Shown piece by piece: positions 56,125-64,000 of a stretch of 64,000 nucleotides of DNA (positions are counted from its first letter, which is position 1; every line of letters starts with the position of its first letter). This DNA is from Candidatus Hydrogenedentota bacterium (GTDB lineage: Bacteria > Hydrogenedentota > Hydrogenedentia > Hydrogenedentales > SLHB01). Location of the stretch: the NCBI GenBank assembly GCA_045863335.1, contig BTVY01000007.1:32001-96000 (forward strand), given 5' to 3'. The translations under genes and the position numbers were made by a program. A model generated the notes under the pieces. The model was given only the letters and a program-made list of their open reading frames with translations, ran no database searches and was not told where the DNA came from.

Positions 56125-56318
56125 GCTACCGGCTGCTCGGCGCGATAGACGACCGTGTAGATGAGGTCCCCCGATCCGGCTCGGCCGCCCGGTTCGTGAC
56201 TTAAGGCGGTCTTTATGGTGACCACGTCAACCTTGTTCTGCAAAACCCATTGGTTGACCGTCTTGTCGAGTTCCGCGGTCTTATCTTCATACCCTTTGAA
56301 GGTTTGAACGAATAGCAT
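56121..56318 (-). CDS. Small hypothetical protein (65 aa)
   Basis: Strong AAGGAGGAGG RBS; beta-alpha-beta pattern; convergent 4-nt overlap with the upstream gene. Confidence 0.7.
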   Translation of the reverse strand: MLFVQTFKGYEDKTAELDKTVNQWVLQNKVDVVTIKTALSHEPGGRAGSGDLIYTVVYRAEQPVA

Positions 56319-56526
56319 CCAGATCCTCCTCCTTTCCCACCGAAGATGAACGCGCCTAGTGTAGCAACCGCACGAGTGGATGCCAAATTGGTTGACCGTG
56401 GCGAATCACTTGCGTAGGCTGGAGTTAGCCCAACAGCGCCGCGCCCGGCGGAAATGGCGCTCGCAGCCCCCGCGTTCCATTAGGTATCGGATCGAGGGCA
56501 ATCGATTCACCACGGAAGGAGGTCCC

Positions 56527-57588
56527 GTGAAAGCAGCCTATATCGAACAGAACGGCGATTTGGACGCCTTGCACGTTGGCGACGTGGCCGATCCAAAACC
56601 GGCCCGCGATGAAGTCGTCATCGAAGTCAAAGCCGCGGCGCTCAATCACCTCGACATCTGGGTCCGCAAGGGCCGTCCCGGTTTGGAGCTTTGCTTTCCC
56701 CACGTGCTCGGATCCGACGCGATGGGAACGGTCGTGGCGCTGGGCAGTGAAGTCGACACTGTGGAAGTGGGTCAGGAGGTCGTCGTCGATCCGGGTCTGT
56801 CCTGCGGTGTGTGCGAATTCTGCCTTCGCGGCGAGCAGAGCGAATGCCTGCACTACGGGATCGTCGGAATGAGCCGTCCCGGAACGTTCGCGGAGCGCGT
56901 CAGCGTACCGGCCACAAATGTGCATCCCTCGCCCAGCCACCTCACGCCGTCAGAGGCGGCGGCACTTCCGCTTGCATACCTCACCGCGTGGCGCATGCTC
57001 ATGACGCGGGGCCAGCTCAAGGCGAGCGATACGGTGCTCATTCACGGCATCGGCGGAGGGGTCGCGTTGGCGGGACTTCAGCTGGCGCGGCTTTCGGGCG
57101 CCGAAGTCATCGTCACGTCCTCTTCCGACGAGAAGCTGCAACGTGCGGCGAAATTGGGGGCCTCGGCGACCATCAATTACTCCAACAATCCCAACGTGGC
57201 CGTCGCCGTCAAAGACTTGACCGGAGGCCGGGGCGTCGATCTCGTACTCGACTCGGTCGGCGCTGCAACGTGGCCGATCAATTTTGGGGCCATCCGGCGA
57301 GGCGGCCGGATCGTCCATTGCGGCGTCACGTCGGGTGCCTCGGCACAGGTGGACATCTCCGCCTTGTATTGGAACCATGTCACCATTCTGGGTTCGACGA
57401 TGGGATCGCGAGAGGAGTTTCGTCAGATGGTGCGCGCGGTGAGCTCCTCCAAGCTGAAACCGGCTGTCGATTCAGTGGTATCCCTCAACGATGCCCGTAC
57501 CGCCATGGGACGAATGGAGCACGGAGAACAGTTCGGGAAGATCGTTCTGGATATCAAAGGGAAATTCGCGGATACGGTTTCGGCCTAG
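56527..57588 (+). CDS. Zinc-binding alcohol dehydrogenase/quinone oxidoreductase (MDR family)
   Basis: AALNHLD, LGSD.MG, CGVCEFC..GEQSEC, GIGGGVA; GTG start after GGAGG. Confidence 0.9.
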   Translation: MKAAYIEQNGDLDALHVGDVADPKPARDEVVIEVKAAALNHLDIWVRKGRPGLELCFPHVLGSDAMGTVVALGSEVDTVEVGQEVVVDPGLSCGVCEFCLRGEQSECLHYGIVGMSRPGTFAERVSVPATNVHPSPSHLTPSEAAALPLAYLTAWRMLMTRGQLKASDTVLIHGIGGGVALAGLQLARLSGAEVIVTSSSDEKLQRAAKLGASATINYSNNPNVAVAVKDLTGGRGVDLVLDSVGAATWPINFGAIRRGGRIVHCGVTSGASAQVDISALYWNHVTILGSTMGSREEFRQMVRAVSSSKLKPAVDSVVSLNDARTAMGRMEHGEQFGKIVLDIKGKFADTVSA

Positions 57589-57598
57589 CGCTTGACGT

Positions 57599-58753
57599 TC
57601 AGGACAGAAGCCGCTTCCGAAGCACCAAGCCTGCGCCAAAGACCGAGGCGATGACTCCGGCCACCCATGTCCGGGGATCGGACCACAGCGTGCCCTTGGC
57701 TGGGGCGGCCACTGGATTCTCGGAAGAATCCGCAACCAGACGGCCCTCCTCCATGGCGTTCGGCTGCGTGGGAGCCAGGCTTGCCATCTGTTGAGCGTCC
57801 TCGCGCCCTTCCGGCCGAAGTCGCCCCAAGGGCGAATGCTGGTCGACAACCGAAGTCTTCACCGCATCGTCGGGCGAGGAAGCCGGAGTCGCCGATTCGG
57901 TCCCGATAGCACCGGCTGCCGGTGGCGATGGCAGCGCGGCTCTCTTTCGCTCAAACTCCTTCGCCATGCGGTTCAACTGCGACAACCGGGACGCAGAATC
58001 CGAAAGCTCTGCTGGCGCTCCGGACCGCGTTACTTGGGGCATCCCGCCGCGTTCGCCGAGTTCAGGACCTTGCGATGGCGAATCGCCGTTCCCGGTGGGG
58101 ACGACGGGGCTGCCCGCCCCCCCCGACGGCACCGGATTCCCGGATCCATCCGCCGGGTCGTCGGCATCGTCGTCCGGCGCGGGGACAGGACCCTCGTCAT
58201 CGGGGACATCGGAACCGCCATCCGGGTCCTCACCTGGCGGCGTGTCCGGGTCTTCTGGGTCCGGATCGTTTGCCGGTGAACCGTTAAGCTCGAAGGTGCT
58301 GCTACTCCCCTGCGAGGCAATTGTCTGTCCGGCCAGGGAAGCCAGGGTTGTGCCGTCAATCGTCAAGTTGGTTTCGGCCGCGCTCGACGTGTCAACACGG
58401 CGGAACGACACCTCGGCGACCTTTCCGGCGTCCATCGTGGACTGATTGAGGCCGAACATCATGACCACATAATTGCCGGGGGAAGTCAGATTGTACTGAA
58501 CGCCCTTTTCGGCGGCGAGGGCGGCCTCGCCCGCCCGAACCCCGTTCGGGGCGAGTATCGCGGGATCGTAGCGCAGCGTGAAATCCAATGCGGCGACACC
58601 ATCTCCGAGGTTCCCATCCAGAAATACGGGAACAGTCACGTTACTGCCGTCTACGGCAGGAGTACCGATTGTAAGAACACCCTCTCCCAAAGCGGGCAGC
58701 ACCGCAAACACAAGGATTAGTGGGAATGTCTTGCTCAGATACGATAGTTGCAT
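57599..58753 (-). CDS. Surface protein: signal peptide, cohesin domain, Pro/Asp-rich linker and C-terminal TM anchor
   Basis: VTVPVFLDG...VAALDFTLRYDPAIL...GKVAEVSF (cohesin-like); PDPEDPDTPP linker; WVAGVIASVFGAGLVL-RKRLLS tail. Confidence 0.75.
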   Translation of the reverse strand: MQLSYLSKTFPLILVFAVLPALGEGVLTIGTPAVDGSNVTVPVFLDGNLGDGVAALDFTLRYDPAILAPNGVRAGEAALAAEKGVQYNLTSPGNYVVMMFGLNQSTMDAGKVAEVSFRRVDTSSAAETNLTIDGTTLASLAGQTIASQGSSSTFELNGSPANDPDPEDPDTPPGEDPDGGSDVPDDEGPVPAPDDDADDPADGSGNPVPSGGAGSPVVPTGNGDSPSQGPELGERGGMPQVTRSGAPAELSDSASRLSQLNRMAKEFERKRAALPSPPAAGAIGTESATPASSPDDAVKTSVVDQHSPLGRLRPEGREDAQQMASLAPTQPNAMEEGRLVADSSENPVAAPAKGTLWSDPRTWVAGVIASVFGAGLVLRKRLLS

Positions 58754-58893
58754 TTCGAAAGCCCAGAACTGGTAACTCACGATCATAACGTTGCTTAAGA
58801 GAAACGTTTCGTATCGCACACGCGTTGACAGGCCAGAGCAGGCCCCACGCAAAACACAAAACGAACCATCTCAGCCACTTGCAACAAGACGGC

Positions 58894-59508
58894 CTATTTG
58901 TCGTCTCCCCGGGCCGATTCTTCCGCCATGACACGGTCTTTCGCTCCGGCCGGATCGTCCCAGCCAGGCCGGTCGATCCAAGCGACTGAACTCGCCTCGC
59001 CGAGCTGTTCGTCTACCGGGGTACTCCGATGGGTGCTGGGGAATATCGAGGCCATCGCCGCGAAGGCATGGGATTGTCCAAACAACGTGTATCGCATGAT
59101 TATAATCAGCAGGAAAAACCAGGCCGAGACTTTTGCAAACGCCACAACAAGAACCACGACGCGGAGATTCGGTATCGGAATGTCCGCAAGATGGCCCACT
59201 TGGGCCAGCGAAAAGTTCAGGAAGGCCACCAAACCGACAATGGAAAACTGCAACGCCCGGGCCTTCGCATCGATCCGGGACAACCCTGCTTCCAGGCACC
59301 GGTGGTACGCAAAAAGACCCAAGTACGCCGAGAAGGCCAAGGTAATCAGGTGCGGACTGTTTACCATGGCGTTCAACACGCTGACCTGCCCCAGGTCCCG
59401 GAGTGTGAAAAAGAGCCGCTCCGGCTCCAGCCCGGCCAAGAAGAACACGGACCAGATTGCGGCCGCGGGCAGAGACCATGGGTCCCATTGTTTTACCGTT
59501 TGCGACAA
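58894..59508 (-). CDS. Hypothetical membrane protein
   Basis: About 4 TM helices; start uncertain (TTG 59508 chosen; the ORF extends to 59613). Confidence 0.65.
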   Translation of the reverse strand: MSQTVKQWDPWSLPAAAIWSVFFLAGLEPERLFFTLRDLGQVSVLNAMVNSPHLITLAFSAYLGLFAYHRCLEAGLSRIDAKARALQFSIVGLVAFLNFSLAQVGHLADIPIPNLRVVVLVVAFAKVSAWFFLLIIIMRYTLFGQSHAFAAMASIFPSTHRSTPVDEQLGEASSVAWIDRPGWDDPAGAKDRVMAEESARGDDK

Positions 59509-59673
59509 TTTGTAACTCCGGCGTTGGCAGGCGAATAGGCGTCCCGGCGCGTTGCGACGGGGTGCCCGGTCATGCAGACGCGAACACCACCCTCCATAGA
59601 ATCGGAACCCCATAGGCCATGCGAATTGTTCTTCAGCAATGGTATCACATGGCCCGGCCGGAGACGAGAAGCG

Positions 59674-60852
59674 TCACAACCCGGAACGCAGGACGGCGTC
59701 GCAGATGGGGCCCCGCGACTTGTGCCCCTTCAGAACGAGGTGGCCGTAGTTGTGACTGCCACGAAGTTTGCGGACAATCCAGTTCAGGGCGTTGTTGGAT
59801 TCGTTCAGGTACGGGTTGTCGACCTGGCGCGTATCGCCGAGGCAGATGCATTTCACGTTCTCGCCCATGCGCGTGAGCAGCGCCCGAATCTCCGTTCGCG
59901 ACAGGTTCTGCGTTTCGTCGATGATGACCACCGCGTCTTCGATGTTCATTCCGCGAATGAAAGCGAGCGGGAGGATTTCGAAGCGGGCCGAGTCGTACTT
60001 GGACTGTTCCGCCTTGGGATCGGCGAAGATCTTGTTTGCCGGGCGCAAGGCATGAAGCTTCGCCGTGAGGCCGTGCAGATAACTCACGTAAGGTTCGATC
60101 TTCTCCGCCACATCCCCGGGAAGGAAACCCATCTTCGTGCCGATTTCGATCATGGGTTTCAGCACGTAAATCTTGTTGAACCGCTTTTGCTCGAGTGTCA
60201 GGTACAGCGCCGCGGCGAGTGCAAGAAAGGTCTTCCCAAAGCCGGCTTCGCTTTGCAGGGTGACGAGATCGATGCGCTCGTTCAACAGCAGTTCGAACGC
60301 GAGATTCTGATATACCGTGCGCGGCTTGACCTTCCATATCTCGTGTTCGTACTCGATGACGCGGGGCCCTTCGGGTCCGTGGAAGAGGGGCTTACCTTCG
60401 TGCCACTCAAAACAGTTGGGGTATGGCTCCTCCCCTTCGGCGACAAAACCTGTATAGTGCTGCGATTCCGATTCGAAGGGATTGGAACTCTTGAACTCCT
60501 GGCTGCGAACTCCGCTGTGCTCCGCCAACAATTGCAGGATTCGGTCGTTGGTGACCAGGATAGGGTCGTCCATCCCCCCGCTCTTGATGTCTTTGAGGAT
60601 TTGCAGGTCGACGTTGGGCAGCGGTTCCGTCCCGTTCTGGCCGATAATCTTGATAACACTGAAATTCTCGCGGATGGAATCGACCGCTTTCGCCACGAGA
60701 TGCTGGACGCGCGGTTCCTTCTTGAGCTTGTCCAATTCCAGCAACACGTGAAACGGGATGCTGACCGAGTTCTCCTCCCCATTTCGCAGGATGCGAATGC
60801 AATTTGGATCTTCCAGCAGCGCGTTGGTGTCCAGAACGTAACTCTTCTTCAT
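59674..60852 (-). CDS. PIN-PhoH family protein (YlaK/PhoH2-like)
   Basis: PIN (VLDTNAL, ELDKLK, LVTND) plus ATPase (EAGFGKT, GFLPGD..EK, IRG, IIDETQN, GD..QVD); GGAGG RBS. Confidence 0.93.
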   Translation of the reverse strand: MKKSYVLDTNALLEDPNCIRILRNGEENSVSIPFHVLLELDKLKKEPRVQHLVAKAVDSIRENFSVIKIIGQNGTEPLPNVDLQILKDIKSGGMDDPILVTNDRILQLLAEHSGVRSQEFKSSNPFESESQHYTGFVAEGEEPYPNCFEWHEGKPLFHGPEGPRVIEYEHEIWKVKPRTVYQNLAFELLLNERIDLVTLQSEAGFGKTFLALAAALYLTLEQKRFNKIYVLKPMIEIGTKMGFLPGDVAEKIEPYVSYLHGLTAKLHALRPANKIFADPKAEQSKYDSARFEILPLAFIRGMNIEDAVVIIDETQNLSRTEIRALLTRMGENVKCICLGDTRQVDNPYLNESNNALNWIVRKLRGSHNYGHLVLKGHKSRGPICDAVLRSGL

Positions 60853-61428
60853 GAATTCGCCTCCAATACGAAAGAGCGGGAAGAATCGCGTCTAAGGTCG
60901 CCCGGACGGTGAATGACGCCGGCGAACCGGCATACAAGAGCAGAGTTTGGTGAGATTTCGGTGAGCGAGTCCCGGAGTACTTCGGGCAGAACGGCGGCGC
61001 TGCCGGCCGGCGCTACTGCAGGTCCATCGGGACTCACAGCCCCGCCTGGAACCATCCGCTTCCTCTCGGACGCCCAATCCCGAGGAGGGGCGCTCGTTCG
61101 GCAGTACTTGCCGGATGACCATAGGTGGCGTCCGGCGCTTCGTTGGACTCCGCGTGCGTCTATGTCGCGCTTCCTTGGCCCGGTCGCTGCCGCAGGGGAT
61201 TCCTCGGTCCGGGGCATCCGGCCGAAGGCGCAGCGCCTGTTCCAACTGACGGGGCGGAGAGGTTAGCCTGCCTCGCCACCCTTCCATTACGAGCATACCA
61301 TACAAGATGTAGGATTGCTATAGCCGAAACTACAACATATTGAATTTATGGATTTGCTCAGAACGACAAACATGACGGGGATTGGCCACCTCATGCTATA
61401 GTACGCGCCGCAACTTCGGGGGTCTCCA

Positions 61429-62235
61429 ATGCATCCCATACTCCTCGATTCTTTCGGGATTACGATAAGTTCGTATGCCGTTGTGCTCGCAATTGCCGTA
61501 GTAGCCGCCTCAGCCGCCACCGTCCGCAAGGCGGAACATCGGGACGTTCGCTTCAGCTATTGGACGGCGGTGGGCGCCCTTCTCGGGGGAATGGTGGGAG
61601 CCAGGGCGTTCTGGATTCTCCAATTCAGCGAATGGACTAATCTTGGGCGCGCGGCGATCGTATGGGCGCCTGGTATGGTCCTGTACGGCGGCGTTCTGGG
61701 CGCCGTGGCGACACTTGTCGTCTTATCCCGGATTCAAAGGCAGGCCTTGCTGCCGGTGTTGGACGTCGCAGCGCCACACGCCGCCCTGGGCGAGGGTATC
61801 GCGCGAATTGGGTGCTTCCTCGCGGGGTGCTGTTGGGGCGCGCCGTGCGCCGTTCCCTGGGGCGTCCGGTTTCCCGCAGGCAGTTTGGCGTACGGCGCGC
61901 AACTTGAAGCGGGGCTGACTGACGCATCGGCGACCCATTCGCTGCCAGTCCATCCCACCCAACTTTACATGACAGTGGGATTGGCCATCGGCTACTTCGC
62001 GTTGCGCGGCATACTGCATCGTCCCCACCCGAACGGCCTCGTCCTCGCCTCGTATCTCGCGTACTACGGCGCGCTTCGATTTGCCGTCGAGTGCTTTCGG
62101 GGCGACAGCACGCGGCCACTCTGGGGAATGACGCTCTCGCAAGCGATTAGTGTGATGCTGCTCGTGGCGGGTGTAACGGCAGTGGTCGTACTCCAACGGA
62201 TTGACCACAGTACCAATACCGGCAGCGACCGGTAG
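61429..62235 (+). CDS. lgt: Prolipoprotein diacylglyceryl transferase
   Basis: MHPIL, GARAF, LYGG, RIGCFLAGCCWG, HPTQLY, RFAVECFRGD, SQ. Confidence 0.9.
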   Translation: MHPILLDSFGITISSYAVVLAIAVVAASAATVRKAEHRDVRFSYWTAVGALLGGMVGARAFWILQFSEWTNLGRAAIVWAPGMVLYGGVLGAVATLVVLSRIQRQALLPVLDVAAPHAALGEGIARIGCFLAGCCWGAPCAVPWGVRFPAGSLAYGAQLEAGLTDASATHSLPVHPTQLYMTVGLAIGYFALRGILHRPHPNGLVLASYLAYYGALRFAVECFRGDSTRPLWGMTLSQAISVMLLVAGVTAVVVLQRIDHSTNTGSDR

Positions 62236-62333
62236 CCACGCGGCATACCTTCCTTGCATGGCTGCTCGCTCCTGCGTATTCTGCTTGGTGCAAACCATTT
62301 TTCCGGCATAACTTGTCAAACATTGGAGATGCA

Positions 62334-63101
62334 ATGAAGAGATTGATTTCGTGGAATGTGAACGGCATTCGCGCGGCGGGCCGAAACGGATTTCTGGAGT
62401 GGCTGGACCGGGAGAAACCGGACGTCGTGTGCGTGCAGGAGATAAAGGCGAATCCGGACGATGTACCCCAGGAACTGCGCGAACCGAAAGGATACGCGAG
62501 CCTGTGGCAACCGGCGAAGAAGAAGGGCTACAGCGGCGTTGCGACCTATTTTCGGGTCAAGAGCGAGCCGTTGGCGGTCGCAACCATGGGTATCGGCGAA
62601 TTCGATGATGAGGGACGAGTGCAACTCGTCGAGTACAAAGATTTCACCGTCGTCAATGCATATTATCCCAACGCCCAGGCCGAGCGGGCGAGGCTGGACT
62701 ACAAGCTGGGATTCTGCAAGGCCATGCTCAAGTTGTGCAACAAGCTGCGCAAAGCCGGCACCAACCTGGTGATCTGCGGCGACTACAATATCGCGCACAA
62801 AGAGATCGACCTGGCACGCCCGAAGGACAACCGGAATAGTCCCGGTTTCTATCCCGAGGAATGCGCGTGCATGGACGAGTTTGTTCAAGCGGGTTACGTG
62901 GACACCTTCCGGCATTTTAATCCGAATCCCGGGCACTATACCTGGTGGTCGTACCGGTCGCGGGCGCGGGAGAAGAACATCGGCTGGAGAATTGACTACC
63001 ACTGCGTGAACGCGGAGTTTTTGCCGAAGGTCAAGTCTGCTCACATTCACGCGGACATCATGGGTTCCGACCATTGCCCCGTTTCCATCACGGTGAATTA
63101 G
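62334..63101 (+). CDS. xth: Exodeoxyribonuclease III
   Basis: SWNVNGIRA, QEIK, GYSGVA, EGR, GDYNIAH, YTWWSYR, GWRIDY, GSDHCP. Confidence 0.96.
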   Translation: MKRLISWNVNGIRAAGRNGFLEWLDREKPDVVCVQEIKANPDDVPQELREPKGYASLWQPAKKKGYSGVATYFRVKSEPLAVATMGIGEFDDEGRVQLVEYKDFTVVNAYYPNAQAERARLDYKLGFCKAMLKLCNKLRKAGTNLVICGDYNIAHKEIDLARPKDNRNSPGFYPEECACMDEFVQAGYVDTFRHFNPNPGHYTWWSYRSRAREKNIGWRIDYHCVNAEFLPKVKSAHIHADIMGSDHCPVSITVN

Positions 63102-63105
63102 GCAC

Positions 63106-63696
63106 ATGAAATCGCAAGTCACCACCAAGCACGGCGATTCGGGAGATACAACGACCCTGGCCGGCGAGAAGGTATCCAAATCGCACGCGATTGTGGAATG
63201 CACGGGCTGTATCGACGAGGCGCGCGCCTGGACGGCCCTGGTCCGGCAACGTCTCACCTCGGCGAATCTCGAAGATGCCGCCCACTGGCAAGACTTTCTC
63301 CTGTGGTTGCTGCACGTGTATTTCGTGATCGGGTCCGCATGCAGCGACCCCGCGAACCGGCGGCCCACCTATCACCCTCGCGTGCTTGGGCAAGCAGATA
63401 TCGAGCGCCTCGAATCGGAGCAACAGCGGCTGGAAGATCGAGTCAAGCTGCCACGCCAGTTTGCCGCGTCCGGAGCAAATCCGGTGGCCGCGGAATGCGA
63501 CGTCCTGGTTACGGTGGTCCGCCGCATGGAACGGTCCGTGGTTCGGCTGCGGGAATCGGTCCCCGATTTCGAAGCGACAGCCATTCTCATATTCGTCAAC
63601 CGTCTCAGCGACACGCTGTTTATGCTGGCGCGGTACCTGGACGGAGGCGTCCACGTGCCGGTCGACTACCGGCTGCTCGATACGGGCATGGAGTAG
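63106..63696 (+). CDS. pduO: ATP:cob(I)alamin adenosyltransferase (PduO type)
   Basis: TTKHGDSGDT, G.IDE, RRMER, NRLSD.LF.LAR. Confidence 0.85.
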   Translation: MKSQVTTKHGDSGDTTTLAGEKVSKSHAIVECTGCIDEARAWTALVRQRLTSANLEDAAHWQDFLLWLLHVYFVIGSACSDPANRRPTYHPRVLGQADIERLESEQQRLEDRVKLPRQFAASGANPVAAECDVLVTVVRRMERSVVRLRESVPDFEATAILIFVNRLSDTLFMLARYLDGGVHVPVDYRLLDTGME

Positions 63697-63732
63697 TTGC
63701 CGGCAATGAAGCAAAGGAAGTCAGAGTAAGTC

Positions 63733-64000
63733 ATGGCGAAATTCCTGCCGCTCTTTCCACTGCAATTGGTGGTGTTTCCGGGAGAGAAGCTCAAGCTTCA
63801 CATTTTTGAACCACGGTACAAACAACTCGTTGGCGAATGCCAAGGTGAAGGGATTACGTTTGGGATACCGGCATATCTCGAAGGGCGGGTCGCCGAGTTT
63901 GGAACGGAGATGCGTCTCCTCAATATCTTCCGCACCTACGAAAACGGCGAAACGGATGTGCTGGTGGAAGGCGTCGCCGCGTTTCAACTGCTGCGATTTC
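63733..64000 (+). CDS. LON peptidase substrate-binding domain protein (5' part; runs off the window)
   Basis: MAKFLPLFPLQLVVFPGEKLKLHIFEPRYKQLV...; open to the window end. Confidence 0.88.
   Translation, partial: MAKFLPLFPLQLVVFPGEKLKLHIFEPRYKQLVGECQGEGITFGIPAYLEGRVAEFGTEMRLLNIFRTYENGETDVLVEGVAAFQLLRF

Noticed and set aside
58100-58290. Repeat-like DNA in the cohesin gene
   Set aside because: Reflects a low-complexity Pro/Asp/Gly linker, not a discrete DNA repeat.
60892-61305. ORF with a short TPR-like phrase (RQLEQALRLRPD)
   Set aside because: Only about 12 residues resemble a TPR and the rest is low-complexity; at most a tiny remnant.

Overview
GC-rich bacterial chromosomal window with about 55 densely packed protein genes. 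I see no rRNA, tRNA, CRISPR array or intact mobile element. The two DUF1559 prepilin-type proteins share the motif [18 protein letters not shown]...FNHxPGGxNxLxxDGHV, which suggests Candidatus Hydrogenedentota or a related PVC-like lineage (inference). Main blocks: (1) a GT4-fusion/GH130 pair and a CBS protein; (2) a decayed REP-associated Y1 transposase (RAYT) scar with iterated ends; (3) an FHA-GAF-adenylate cyclase, rsmA, a PAS kinase and a HAD hydrolase; (4) a run of TonB receptor, YfiR, hybrid kinase, response regulator, PPK2 and DUF1559; (5) a sigma54 PilZ-pspA-2TM-pspB-pspB-pspC operon; (6) a sigma54 operon with a signal-peptide-bearing rubrerythrin, DUF2231, an ICMT/MddA-like methyltransferase and its own HK/NtrC pair; (7) a GH78 rhamnosidase; (8) a TPR-rich glycosylation cluster with wecBC; (9) DUF1559 plus a methyltransferase, then thioesterase-MBOAT-SGNH; (10) a REP-rich island holding a RelE/ParE toxin-antitoxin pair; (11) a serine hydrolase-NamZ fusion, a Zn dehydrogenase, a membrane-anchored cohesin, PIN-PhoH, lgt, xth, pduO and a partial LON-N gene. 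The most unusual sequence-level signal is a 16-17 nt hairpin, GTCACGCC(N2-3)GGCGTGAT. It appears to have overwritten 7-nt arms of two different REP elements and a conserved codon stretch of the RAYT remnant.
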